Positions 1 through 8,497 are shown, numbered from the stretch's first letter. The stretch is DNA of 64,000 nucleotides from a virus (IMGVR_UViG_3300046652_000008:30920-94919), one strand, 5' to 3'. Translations and numbers: made by a program. Notes: generated from the letters alone by a model not told the origin.

Positions 1-678
1 CACTACTCCGTCGATACGGCCCATAAACTCAGGAGAGAACCGCTTGCGAGCAGCGGACATCCCCGCTTTCTCTTTTCTTATGGTATGGTCTGCGTCGGTT
101 GGTAATCCAAGATGTCGATTGGTTGCCAGCCTATTCATCTCCGCAGATCCCAGATTAGAAGTCATAAAGATTAAGCTATTCTCGAAATTAACAACAGTAT
201 TATCGCCGAGTTTTAATTGTCCACGGTCTAACAGTCCAAGAAGTATCCTATCGAACGACGGAGCAGCCTTTTCTATCTCATCAAACAGGATGATGGATAG
301 TGGGGATGCTTCGGAAGTCACAGAAGTAACTCTAGCCATCGACAGTACCGCGTGGGTTTCCCTGTGGCCCAGGTAACCGGGTGGCGCTCCAATGAGCTTT
401 GCAACTTCGTGGTCTAGCTGGTATTCTCCGCAATCTATGCGGAGAACGTTCTTATCTGAGCCGTGGACAATTTTAGCTAAGTTATGTACTGTCTGCGTCT
501 TACCTACACCAGAAGGCCCAAGTAATAGAAAAACGCCAGCGGGACGGCCCTCTGGCGATAAACCGGACATTGATATTTTCAAGTAAGGAGCTAACTCATC
601 CAGCGCCGCGTCTTGTCCAATAATTAGACTTTTGAGTTCTGCTACTACATCCTTGTTTGCAAGTTCAGTCTGTGGCAA
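1..678 (-). CDS. ClpA/ClpB-family AAA+ ATPase, D2 domain only (3' end runs off the window)
   Basis: Not in the ORF track; translated by hand from a TTG start behind AGGAG. Motifs: IIGQDAA, Walker A GPSGVGKT, pore loop LIGAPPGYLG, Walker B IILFDEIEKA, IFMTSNLG, FSPEFMGRID. Confidence 0.9.
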   Translation of the reverse strand, partial: MPQTELANKDVVAELKSLIIGQDAALDELAPYLKISMSGLSPEGRPAGVFLLLGPSGVGKTQTVHNLAKIVHGSDKNVLRIDCGEYQLDHEVAKLIGAPPGYLGHRETHAVLSMARVTSVTSEASPLSIILFDEIEKAAPSFDRILLGLLDRGQLKLGDNTVVNFENSLIFMTSNLGSAEMNRLATNRHLGLPTDADHTIRKEKAGMSAARKRFSPEFMGRIDGVV

Positions 679-717
679 TGGCGTACTCCTAACTTAATGG
701 TAGCACGCCACGCTGAC

Positions 718-1104
718 TTAGATGGTTAATTCTCCGGCTGCGCCCCATGGACCTTGATCTTCTACGGGTAGGGGAAAGACAGACAGTGCTAGCGCCTCTG
801 CCGCCGCTGCGACGACATAAACGTTCCTGTCGTTCAAGACCTTTCCGCTGCTCGCGGCCTGTAGTCCGAGAGACCTTACTAGATCACTCTGTAGCTCTTG
901 GCGTTCGTAGAGCCATCGGTCTGGATTTACTACCGCCTCATTGGCCAAAAGAGATCCATTCTCTGCCTTCTGATCTTCTAGGTCCTGTTGCATGGCTTCT
1001 ACTAGATCAGCCAATTCGTCATTCATTTCTTTTAGTTCTTCTATATGACTCTCCGTTTCTGGATCTAGCTTATCAGCCAACCAAATTCTAAATGTGTCAA
1101 ACAT
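718..1104 (-). CDS. hypothetical protein (coiled coil)
   Basis: 128-aa ORF with AGGAG RBS, in a tightly packed minus-strand block. Confidence 0.75.
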   Translation of the reverse strand: MFDTFRIWLADKLDPETESHIEELKEMNDELADLVEAMQQDLEDQKAENGSLLANEAVVNPDRWLYERQELQSDLVRSLGLQAASSGKVLNDRNVYVVAAAAEALALSVFPLPVEDQGPWGAAGELTI

Positions 1105-1116
1105 GTTATTACTCCT

Positions 1117-1332
1117 TTACTTCTTTACTATCTTGTCTCGCGCTTCCCAGTAGGCGAAGCTTTCTTCTTTGTCGCTTTCTGATACTAAGTGCGGCTCAGA
1201 CGTGTAATGCTCACACCATTCCGAATGCTGTCCGCTTTTGAAAATGCACTTAAAACAGCACTTCTCTGGGCTAGGCTTAAACCTTCCAGTCCTAATAGGG
1301 TGTGTTGTTTGCTTCGGCTTCTCCACTTGCAA
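1117..1332 (-). CDS. hypothetical Cys/His protein
   Basis: CCFKC...H..WC motif, co-oriented with neighbours. Confidence 0.55.
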   Translation of the reverse strand: MQVEKPKQTTHPIRTGRFKPSPEKCCFKCIFKSGQHSEWCEHYTSEPHLVSESDKEESFAYWEARDKIVKK

Positions 1333-1642
1333 CCTCCACCTTCTTTAGCTCTTTTTCTGCAAACCAAATTGGGCCATCAGGATAGAACGAGAACTCAACA
1401 GCATAGAGTGTTCGCCCTTCTTCGCCAGTGGTTGTCGAAACCACCTTCCCCATCTTACCAGAAAACATCGACCAAGGTGTGTTTACTTTCGCGTTGTTGC
1501 CTACCGTAAACGCATCTTCCCGTGTCACGTCCCACGTCTCGCCAGCAGATGTAACAACTACGAATGAGCTTTCGTCGGATTGGATGGTAGCGGCAGATGG
1601 GTTATTTTTTACGCTTGGCTTTGGGTTTCTCTGCTTTGCCAT
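1292..1642 (-). CDS. hypothetical protein with KOW/SH3-like C-terminus
   Basis: VGNNAKV...FSGKMGKVV...YAVEF...WFAEKELKKV pattern. Confidence 0.65.
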   Translation of the reverse strand: MAKQRNPKPSVKNNPSAATIQSDESSFVVVTSAGETWDVTREDAFTVGNNAKVNTPWSMFSGKMGKVVSTTTGEEGRTLYAVEFSFYPDGPIWFAEKELKKVEVASGEAEANNTPY

Positions 1643-1952
1643 CGGCTTTCCTCTTTCCTATGTGTAACTTTCCGGGCGCGTCTCTAACGATTATTGGATC
1701 TTCGGCTAGTGCTAATTCCAGTTGACCGCGCAATAGTTCATTTTCCGCAAGTGCTTCCAGCCTCTGGGCGTCTAGCTTACGCGCCAGCGCTTCCCACACA
1801 TCCAGCTTCTGCCAGAAGTCTTTCTGGTTATGGTCGTATGTCTCGCGCCATAGCTGGATTGTGTTCCGAAGGCGTGAGTTTTCCCGAATGCTTAGGCATA
1901 GTGGAACCAGCAGCATCAGTACCATTGCAAGAAACGCAATTATAGTAATCAT
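1602..1952 (-). CDS. hypothetical membrane-anchored coiled-coil protein
   Basis: Hydrophobic N-terminus then heptad pattern; ATGA overlap with upstream gene. Confidence 0.65.
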   Translation of the reverse strand: MITIIAFLAMVLMLLVPLCLSIRENSRLRNTIQLWRETYDHNQKDFWQKLDVWEALARKLDAQRLEALAENELLRGQLELALAEDPIIVRDAPGKLHIGKRKADGKAEKPKAKRKK

Positions 1953-2182
1953 TCGTGATACCCTAAATCCTTTACTTCTTCCGTAACGTCGTACTCGTCT
2001 ATGATTCTGAAGACGTTAGCGTTGAATTCGTCAATAGCCAACCCATTATTTAGCTCCGGGTATGTATCTTCAACCGCCTTCGCGTGCAGAAGCGTATTCA
2101 TCTTTTCCTGAATATCATGCACGGTATCCAGAATTTCTCGCATGTCTTTGTATTCGTTATAGTTCATTGGTTCACCACCCAC
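1949..2182 (-). CDS. hypothetical protein
   Basis: Packed ORF; true start may be ATG at 2167. Confidence 0.6.
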   Translation of the reverse strand: MGGEPMNYNEYKDMREILDTVHDIQEKMNTLLHAKAVEDTYPELNNGLAIDEFNANVFRIIDEYDVTEEVKDLGYHE

Positions 2183-2198
2183 CTTCCATCATAACACG

Positions 2199-2456
2199 TT
2201 AGTCCCGCCCGTTGTCTAGTTCCGGTTCTGGGAAGTGATCGTGCACTTGGCATATGCTCATTTGTGGATCATCGTCCGTTTCGTCTACTGCCCACTTAGC
2301 CGGGAACCAAAACTCGCAGAATGGGCACTTAATAATTTGATCTACGATGTCCTCTTCGCACATGCCCTGAATGCAGCATAGATCGGAGCCGAAACAGAGC
2401 GATTTATCCTTGTTGTCCATACCGAGTGCTCCTAGTATGCTGACGGAACGTACCAC
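2199..2456 (-). CDS. hypothetical Zn-ribbon protein
   Basis: CPFC and C..H motifs; start may be at 2420. Confidence 0.55.
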   Translation of the reverse strand: MVRSVSILGALGMDNKDKSLCFGSDLCCIQGMCEEDIVDQIIKCPFCEFWFPAKWAVDETDDDPQMSICQVHDHFPEPELDNGRD

Positions 2457-2677
2457 TTAAACCACTTGCAGTGGTTGTCTGCGTTTATTGCCGAAGGATT
2501 TTCCCTCACGTTAGTCTGCACCTTCGTTTCTGGATGAATTGGAGAGGCTGGAATTATCGTATAGATAATATTATCCGGGTAATTGCAACGATACTCGCGC
2601 TTCCCATTCAGCAGCAAAGTACTTTCACAATAATCACAGTTTATGCAATAGACCTTTTTAGGCTTAAACCACTTCAT
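2432..2677 (-). CDS. hypothetical Cys-rich protein
   Basis: YCINCDYC...C...HCKWF; start trimmed to MKWF. Confidence 0.6.
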   Translation of the reverse strand: MKWFKPKKVYCINCDYCESTLLLNGKREYRCNYPDNIIYTIIPASPIHPETKVQTNVRENPSAINADNHCKWFKWYVPSAY

Positions 2678-2679
2678 AG

Positions 2680-2982
2680 TTAGTCTCCCGCGTCCAGCGT
2701 ACCGCATTTCTCCGAATATCTAAGGTATTTCTCTATCTTCTCGCGCTTTCCCTTAAAGGATAAGGGCCGAATACCGTACAGCCCAGTCAGAGAACCCTCT
2801 TCAATGAGCATCTGGGTGACGGTCAATAGGTCTTCCATCTCCTGGATGATGCGTTGAGCATTGGTGCTTTTGTGCAGTGGCTGCGTTTCGTCTAGCCCAA
2901 AGCGTAAAGCCTTGCTTGCCCGGTGGGCTACCTCGGCGCATTCTTCGGCCATAATTGTAAAAAGGTGCTCTGTCCTATTCAT
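2680..2982 (-). CDS. MazG-like NTP pyrophosphohydrolase family protein
   Basis: MAEECAEV...SKALRFG...EMEDLL pattern typical of phage MazG-like proteins. Confidence 0.65.
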   Translation of the reverse strand: MNRTEHLFTIMAEECAEVAHRASKALRFGLDETQPLHKSTNAQRIIQEMEDLLTVTQMLIEEGSLTGLYGIRPLSFKGKREKIEKYLRYSEKCGTLDAGD

Positions 2983-3299
2983 ACTGGTTTCTCCTTTTGC
3001 TGTATCGTGAACTTTAAGGTAGATAGATCGTATCCGCGTAACTCAAGCTCTCGTAAATATCCAGAAAAGTGAGACTCGTGGACGTGGCCGTAGATCATCT
3101 CGGACAGCTTGGGGGGATCGTCTTTAACCACGTGGCCGTATCCAGAGAACATCATATTTAGGAGTGAACCATCGCACTTGCTGGCCCCACCACCACCCCA
3201 GTTATAACAAATATCTGGGCTATCGCCATCAACGCGGCCCCAGTAAACTATCAACTGTCCAGGTTTTACTTTCGGCTTACGGAAACGCTTTGTTTTCAT
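2979..3299 (-). CDS. hypothetical protein
   Basis: Packed ORF ending ELELRGYDLSTLKFTI; start trimmed to MKTKRF. Confidence 0.65.
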   Translation of the reverse strand: MKTKRFRKPKVKPGQLIVYWGRVDGDSPDICYNWGGGGASKCDGSLLNMMFSGYGHVVKDDPPKLSEMIYGHVHESHFSGYLRELELRGYDLSTLKFTIQQKEKPV

Positions 3300-3316
3300 A
3301 AGCCTATAGTAGCACG

Positions 3317-3601
3317 TTACGCGAGTTTGTATAGTTCGATTTGGCGAGTCATTGCGTGCCATGCTGAAGCGGGTTGAGGATCAGGCCCAGGCCATGCATT
3401 AGTCGTTCGGCAGTGATAGGTCTTCAACTCTTCTTCACTTGGGTTGTTGCACAGGTCGGGATCTTCCGCCTTCTCGATGCCATAGGGCCAGCAGGAGGAA
3501 TGATAATATTTAATTACGTGCTTGCGGCGTAGTAGATTACGTCGTAAGCCATGATTGACGGCTTCGCGGTCCAGCCATCGCTTCATGCCATCGGAAATCA
3601 T
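3317..3601 (-). CDS. hypothetical protein
   Basis: ATGA overlap with upstream ORF. Confidence 0.55.
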   Translation of the reverse strand: MISDGMKRWLDREAVNHGLRRNLLRRKHVIKYYHSSCWPYGIEKAEDPDLCNNPSEEELKTYHCRTTNAWPGPDPQPASAWHAMTRQIELYKLA

Positions 3602-3960
3602 TGTGGTCCCTTGTGCCGCGCTGCCATTGCAGCAGCCGCCTCGTCTCCGTTTATCGTGTCAAACGTCAGGGGCATGGTAGTAGTAGTTAGCACAGGCCAA
3701 TTGCCTCTTTTATAGTTCACCGCATGCCCACGACTGCATCGCATAGCGGCGCTACAGGTATTGCAATCTGGAACATACACGTATTTTCCGGTTGTATCAT
3801 AGTAGCTTGGCGAACAGGCCATGAGCGTACAGGTTACAGTCATGTTAACGGTAACCGTAGACGTTACGCCGAAACGATGACATACGGAGCATTTACCGTT
3901 TTCTAGGTAGGCTGGTTGTGACCACAACAAGGAGAGTACTAATATAAAAATGCTATTCAT
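3598..3960 (-). CDS. Cys-rich hypothetical protein with hydrophobic N-terminus
   Basis: MNSIFILVLSLLW, CSVC, CTLMAC, DCNTC, CSRGH. Confidence 0.6.
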   Translation of the reverse strand: MNSIFILVLSLLWSQPAYLENGKCSVCHRFGVTSTVTVNMTVTCTLMACSPSYYDTTGKYVYVPDCNTCSAAMRCSRGHAVNYKRGNWPVLTTTTMPLTFDTINGDEAAAAMAARHKGPQ

Positions 3961-4169
3961 TGCTTTCTCGCTTTCTTGTATACCAACATTCGCAATACAT
4001 CCTCTAGCAGCTTGACGCAATACCCAGTCGTCGGTTTTCCTGAGGTATTGTAAATCTCCACTTCGTTCTTATAGTATGCCACGGCCACATTGATATCGTG
4101 GACGTTTGCGCCTGTTGTAATTCGCCGCGCATCAGCAAGGAGTTGTGCGTCAATGGGAAATCTATGCAT
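3957..4169 (-). CDS. hypothetical protein
   Basis: ATGA coupling to downstream gene. Confidence 0.5.
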   Translation of the reverse strand: MHRFPIDAQLLADARRITTGANVHDINVAVAYYKNEVEIYNTSGKPTTGYCVKLLEDVLRMLVYKKARKQ

Positions 4170-4260
4170 GAAAGTGTATTACGGTTGTAAGGATGGCGAT
4201 TTGGAACATGATTAGAATAAGCATTGCGGTTAACGCGTTAAATTGTTTATCGGTCATAGC

Positions 4261-4434
4261 TTAGCTCCTTCCACCGATCAACCAACTGGCCAGCGTGATC
4301 CAAGAATAAAGCACGAACGATGCGCCGAGGCCAGCAAGCATACACCCCCAACCGAGCGCCTCCGCAACCGCGACGAGTGCGGGTAATATCAGGACTGCGA
4401 ACATAGACCACCCGCAGATTTTACGTATCGTCAT
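4261..4434 (-). CDS. small two-TM membrane protein
   Basis: Two hydrophobic helices from MTIRK; ATGA overlap. Confidence 0.55.
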   Translation of the reverse strand: MTIRKICGWSMFAVLILPALVAVAEALGWGCMLAGLGASFVLYSWITLASWLIGGRS

Positions 4435-4793
4435 GGCTTGGCTCCCACGGCAGCTAAAAGGGCCTCGCAGCGTTGCGTGGGCGTGAGGCGGATGCACCAC
4501 AGCGCGAATTCCATCCATCCATACTCGTCGCGGATTTCCGGCGTGCCTGTTTTTGCTTCAAAGCCAGCTTCGACGTGGTGCATATATTCACCGCGCAGCC
4601 CCCGCCGGTCAATCTCTTCCTCCGCGACGGTACAAGCGTCGAGGGATCGCGCGAAGTCGGGAATCTCGTCTCGATGCTTTGTGACGTCGTTTGTGCAGAA
4701 GCAGCGTCGTATTGGGCTACCCCAGCACCGCGGGCAGAGTCTCCACCCCATCACATCGACCGCGATTCTCGCGTTCGTGTCAGTCGGCGGCAT
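4431..4793 (-). CDS. phage ABA-sandwich-like hypothetical protein
   Basis: IAVDVMGW...PDFARSLDAC...TPTQRCEALL pattern. Confidence 0.55.
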   Translation of the reverse strand: MPPTDTNARIAVDVMGWRLCPRCWGSPIRRCFCTNDVTKHRDEIPDFARSLDACTVAEEEIDRRGLRGEYMHHVEAGFEAKTGTPEIRDEYGWMEFALWCIRLTPTQRCEALLAAVGAKP

Positions 4794-5082
4794 TCTCGGC
4801 CTCCTTGATGCTGCGTTTCAGCCTGCGAATGGCCGCGCGGATGGCCGACTGATGCCGGTCATGGCCCCAGTCAATAGCCTTTGAGGAGTTAGAATACGAG
4901 GGCACGTCTCTAACCATGTCTTTGATTTCAGCCGCCGCCCGCATCCCGGCGATGAAACCCTCTTCTGCCGCCCTGTTTAGTAAAGACAACGTTCTATCTT
5001 CTGCCGCAAAGTACGCTACTCTGTAAGGCTTCGCGATCTTGTCTGCGATGTTTCGCACTTTTTTTAGCGTCAGGTCAGACAT
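4780..5082 (-). CDS. hypothetical protein
   Basis: Packed ORF; start trimmed to MSDLT. Confidence 0.55.
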   Translation of the reverse strand: MSDLTLKKVRNIADKIAKPYRVAYFAAEDRTLSLLNRAAEEGFIAGMRAAAEIKDMVRDVPSYSNSSKAIDWGHDRHQSAIRAAIRRLKRSIKEAENAAD

Positions 5083-5827
5083 TCTCGCCCCCTTGCGCTG
5101 CCATGCGGTCGAGTTCGTCGGCGCAGTCGCGATATATTTCCCTGTCGGGGTCACCGACCATCAGCGCTGTAAGCCGGAACTTCGTCGCCGCTTTCGCCAG
5201 CCCCTCGGCCTTCGCGCGGGCTTTGAGGGCGGCCAGGATGGTCTTTGCATCTCCGCGATGATCCGAAGTCAGCCAACATCCGAGGGCATCTTGCGGACGC
5301 TGGCCCATCATTAAGGCACTGGCTACTCGGCGTGCGAACTCAACTGATTCGTCCAGCGCCGCCGCCAGCCCCTCGGCCTTCGTGCGCCAGGAGTCGCGCT
5401 CCTCGGCCAGCCACGTGCAGAGATCCGCATGATCGGGCCAAACCAATTCATTGCCCGGATGCGCTGCCTGCCATGTCTTGATTGCCCGCATGTCCGCTTT
5501 CCAGCGAAGATCGAACGTGGCTTGTAGTTCGTCGCGATCCTCACCGCATGCAATCAGCGCCTTCTGCGCCTCCACTGGCCAGCCTGTGTGCATGGCGACG
5601 TTGCCCGCCGCGAAACTGAGGGCTTGGCGCTCACGGAGCAACCCGTCGCGCTCGGTCGTCCGCGCCGCCAATTCGGCGATGGCGGCATCCCTCGCTCCGG
5701 TCAGGACGTAGATTTCTTTCCGTTGATTGTGGACGCGCATCACGGAAGACGCGAGTTCGGCGGTCAGTCGGGCGACTTCGGCCTTGAGGTTATCTCGGCC
5801 AGTAAGATAATCGCCTAGTTCGTTCAT
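5075..5827 (-). CDS. hypothetical coiled-coil phage protein
   Basis: 250-aa ORF in GC-rich block; ATGA overlap. Confidence 0.7.
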   Translation of the reverse strand: MNELGDYLTGRDNLKAEVARLTAELASSVMRVHNQRKEIYVLTGARDAAIAELAARTTERDGLLRERQALSFAAGNVAMHTGWPVEAQKALIACGEDRDELQATFDLRWKADMRAIKTWQAAHPGNELVWPDHADLCTWLAEERDSWRTKAEGLAAALDESVEFARRVASALMMGQRPQDALGCWLTSDHRGDAKTILAALKARAKAEGLAKAATKFRLTALMVGDPDREIYRDCADELDRMAAQGGENV

Positions 5828-5991
5828 TCCCCGCCACCTGCTACCGCTGTTTTCTGGTCGTTATCCCGCTCTGTACTATCCAGCATGGATGCCCTAACCC
5901 GTTCTTTCCAGAGGGCCTCCGCTTCCGGTGTGCCCAGACTCTTGCGCAATCCTTCAACTATCTCGCGTAGATCGTACTCGGCTTCGCTCAT
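5824..5991 (-). CDS. hypothetical protein
   Basis: ATGA overlaps at both ends when started at MSEAE. Confidence 0.5.
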   Translation of the reverse strand: MSEAEYDLREIVEGLRKSLGTPEAEALWKERVRASMLDSTERDNDQKTAVAGGGE

Positions 5992-6431
5992 TCGTTGCCG
6001 CCTTTCGCCGCTTTGGCTGGCCTCATGCAATCAATAGCCTCCCGTAATGTGCGCTGCCCTTGGAGCAGCCCGAGACCTCGCAGGTGCTGTGAGAAGTGCT
6101 CGCCGCCAGCCAGATTGTGCAGCAGCAGCGGCTCACTCCTCATCTCCGCTTCAAGTAGGTCGATTCGTGCAGAGTCGGCAGCGTGCGGGCAGGCTTGCGA
6201 GGCGGAGAGAGCGTCGCCCGCCGCATGGAAGGCATCATAGAATCGGTTCAGAAGATCGGGTTTTGCGGCTTGCATATCTGCGGGCATAACCGCTCGCAAG
6301 ACATGAGCAACGCTGCGCATTTCGGTCAAAAGTTCCCGCATCCGGCACTCCCGCGACTGGGAGGCCGCGAGTTCGGTACGTTGCGCGTCTAGCTTGGTTT
6401 CGTACTCATCTATTTCTTTTTGGCTTATCAT
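5988..6431 (-). CDS. hypothetical protein
   Basis: AAGGAG RBS and extended -10 immediately upstream. Confidence 0.7.
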   Translation of the reverse strand: MISQKEIDEYETKLDAQRTELAASQSRECRMRELLTEMRSVAHVLRAVMPADMQAAKPDLLNRFYDAFHAAGDALSASQACPHAADSARIDLLEAEMRSEPLLLHNLAGGEHFSQHLRGLGLLQGQRTLREAIDCMRPAKAAKGGNE

Positions 6432-6507
6432 GTTTTCTCCTTAACCCATAATAGCATGGATGATCAATTATTTGGCGATTCTTCCCACTCTCCACCCATT
6501 GACTCAA

Positions 6508-7179
6508 TCACACCTTTTGCTTCCCTGTCTGCCACAAACCAATCGTGCCCACCCTCCCAATCTCAGCCAGCGAACAGGCATTCCCATTAAACATGGACTC
6601 CCGCTGGTCGTCTCTCGTGCTGTTAATGCTTATCTGTAATCCAGCCTCTCCATGGTATAGCCTGTTCTTCATTCGCATCCATGTATGCACAAACGTCTTT
6701 AACCACTCATTTCTCTTCGGCATCATCGTAGATACCACCGGATGTACGTTATATGTATCGTTCATGTGCGTGTGCAGCCACTTTCCTAAATCCAGCACAA
6801 CCGGATTCCATGTCGGCTCCCCCATTCTAGCCACATGCACGTTTAGCCGCCTTGTCTCTGTCACTTCTGGGTGCAGTCCCACAGCCGCCAATACCTGTCC
6901 GGTCAAATCATAGAACGTTGCATTCTTCCCAGGCCCTACCCTCGGCACATCGCAGAACCCGCACCCCATCGAACATCCATACTGGCTGCTAATTGTTACC
7001 ACCCACTTCTCGCTCAGCGGCATACACGCCTGATGCCTTACCGCTCTATGCTGGTTCAGGTTAATGCCCTTGCCATAGTCTCCCAGAGACAAGAACTCCA
7101 GCGAGCCCTTCTCGCCTTTTCCTATACAGATGTCTCCAGTAGGTACACTCAACCTGCGCGTTATCTCCATATGCGCCAT
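6508..7179 (-). CDS. RlmN/Cfr-like radical SAM protein, probably C-terminally truncated
   Basis: ISSQYGCSMGCGFC (CX3CX2C), RMGEP, LQISINST...R; 223 aa with no C-terminal catalytic-Cys segment. Confidence 0.75.
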   Translation of the reverse strand: MAHMEITRRLSVPTGDICIGKGEKGSLEFLSLGDYGKGINLNQHRAVRHQACMPLSEKWVVTISSQYGCSMGCGFCDVPRVGPGKNATFYDLTGQVLAAVGLHPEVTETRRLNVHVARMGEPTWNPVVLDLGKWLHTHMNDTYNVHPVVSTMMPKRNEWLKTFVHTWMRMKNRLYHGEAGLQISINSTRDDQRESMFNGNACSLAEIGRVGTIGLWQTGKQKV

Positions 7180-7230
7180 CTCCTTAATGCTTATCGTACC
7201 ATAGTTGCGCTCTCATCTTGCTGGCTCATC

Positions 7231-7449
7231 TTACCCGAAAGCTCCAATGCTTTTTAAAATCTCACTCGCGCATAGTCTGTACTCCATAGCTAAACCAGCG
7301 TACACCAGTGCCTTCGTCACATCATCATGTAGCCCAAGTTCATCGTTGATCCTAGCTCGGATGTCCATCTTGTCTGCAATCTCTAGATATAACGCAGCAT
7401 TAGCCACAGAGCGAGTTCTAAGCATTGCGTCAAATTCTTGCCTTGTCAT
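7231..7449 (-). CDS. hypothetical protein
   Basis: AAGGGG RBS; first gene of the leftward block. Confidence 0.6.
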   Translation of the reverse strand: MTRQEFDAMLRTRSVANAALYLEIADKMDIRARINDELGLHDDVTKALVYAGLAMEYRLCASEILKSIGAFG

Positions 7450-7554
7450 TGCTTACCCCTTAATCGTTATAACACGGATTCGTTTTTTATTTTTTATCAA
7501 AACCAGTGGAGGGGGTAGCCCCAATTTAAGCCTCCGCAATCATGCCACCACCCC

Positions 7555-8368
7555 TTTCGCCTTCCTTTCGCCGTTCGCCTTTCCTTCACACCCATCATAA
7601 GATAGGACAGATATCTATGTAATGCGTTCGTATGGGGAACAAACGGCAAAGACGAAGAAAAAGCGATATCGCCTTCCCTTCTCCCTATGCTTCCCACCCT
7701 CCCGCTTTCGCCTGTGCTTCGCACTCACTAGTGCATTCATAGTAGTACTCTTGGGGGGCGAACAAAAGGCGAAGCGACAGTACGAGTACTATGTTTTACA
7801 TACTAATACGTTTCAGTATTTCACTTATGCTTGATTCTGTACGGTGAGCATACCTGCCTATGTGTATGATTCGACTATGGTTTCATTATTTTCCGCTTCT
7901 TTCGGTATGCAAACAGAACGCGATGAGGGCAGCCCATTCCAGGTATTAGGGTACAATAGGGTTGAATTCGAGTGTCAGCCTGGGGTATTAGCGTACAATA
8001 GAGAGAGAAGCAATAGTATGGCCTAAGGCTATTGGTATGAGTGACATGCGAAGCATAGCAGCTCGAAGTGAGTGCATGAGAACAAAGGGCGAAGGTCACA
8101 GGCTAGCATAAAGGTATTAGCATGGGGGTACTGCGAAGAGACGGAGAACACGAACAGACGACGAAACGAGCATAAGCTTGTGCACCTATATAAGTAGATA
8201 CAAGTGATGCAGCAGAGTGAGAGCGGGATTGACTCCAGACGCCTCGGTCTAATAGTTAGACAAGAGATAGGCACCCAGGCGTAATATACTTGGACAGGCA
8301 CGGCATGAGAAACTTGGAGCACCACGAACAAAAAGCGAACAGGGAAGATAGCCGAACAGATGGCGAAA
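7555..8368. repeat. Dispersed array of about 12 GAAC-N7-GAAN / NTTC-N7-NTTC boxes (LexA-box-like)
   Basis: + copies at 7637, 7654, 7760, 8080, 8135, 8152, 8326 (perfect GAAC-AAAAAGC-GAAC) and 8354; inverse copies at 7555, 7573, 7667 and 7706. Confidence 0.75.
7942..8003 (+). repeat. Direct repeat GGTATTAG(G/C)GTACAATAG, two copies, each containing a -10-like TACAAT
   Basis: Copies start at 7942 and 7984; partial GGTATTAGC at 8113. Confidence 0.6.
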
Positions 8369-8371
8369 ACC

Positions 8372-8417
8372 CGGTAACGCTTACCGCATGGTAAATCTTA
8401 CCCGGTAAGTATTCCCG
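8372..8417. promoter_or_regulatory. Three tandem GGTAA-N3-TTACC palindromes, putative enhancer (UAS)
   Basis: CGGTAAcgcTTACCG 8372-8386, GGTAAatcTTACC 8390-8402, CGGTAAgtaTTCCCG 8403-8417; 80-125 bp upstream of a -24/-12 promoter start. Confidence 0.75.
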
Positions 8418-8452
8418 AAGATAGTTATCTTGAAGGCATAGCGTATCAATAG

Positions 8453-8465
8453 AATCAACAGCTTA
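8453..8465 (+). promoter_or_regulatory. IHF binding site
   Basis: AATCAACAGCTTA is an exact match to WATCAANNNNTTR and lies between the UAS and the promoter. Confidence 0.75.
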
Positions 8466-8470
8466 GGGAG

Positions 8471-8486
8471 TGGCAACAGCATTGCT
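8471..8486 (+). promoter_or_regulatory. sigma54 (-24/-12) promoter
   Basis: TGGCAACAGCATTGCT fits TGGCAC-N5-TTGCW with one mismatch and exact GG-N10-GC spacing; predicted +1 about 8495-8498. Confidence 0.8.
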
Positions 8487-8497
8487 CTTATCATACC

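Noticed and set aside
3598-3960. c-type cytochrome (CSVCH)
   Set aside because: Several additional Cys/His residues suggest a metal-binding ribbon; a single CxxCH is probably coincidental.
7497-8331. Short ORFs in the divergence zone (7497-7724, 7622-7834, 7844-8026, 7875-8099, 8029-8331)
   Set aside because: No convincing RBS, low-complexity translations and mutual overlaps; better explained as regulatory DNA.
7555-8368. CRISPR array interpretation of the repeats
   Set aside because: Repeats are 15 bp, degenerate, irregularly spaced and in both orientations; no cas genes.
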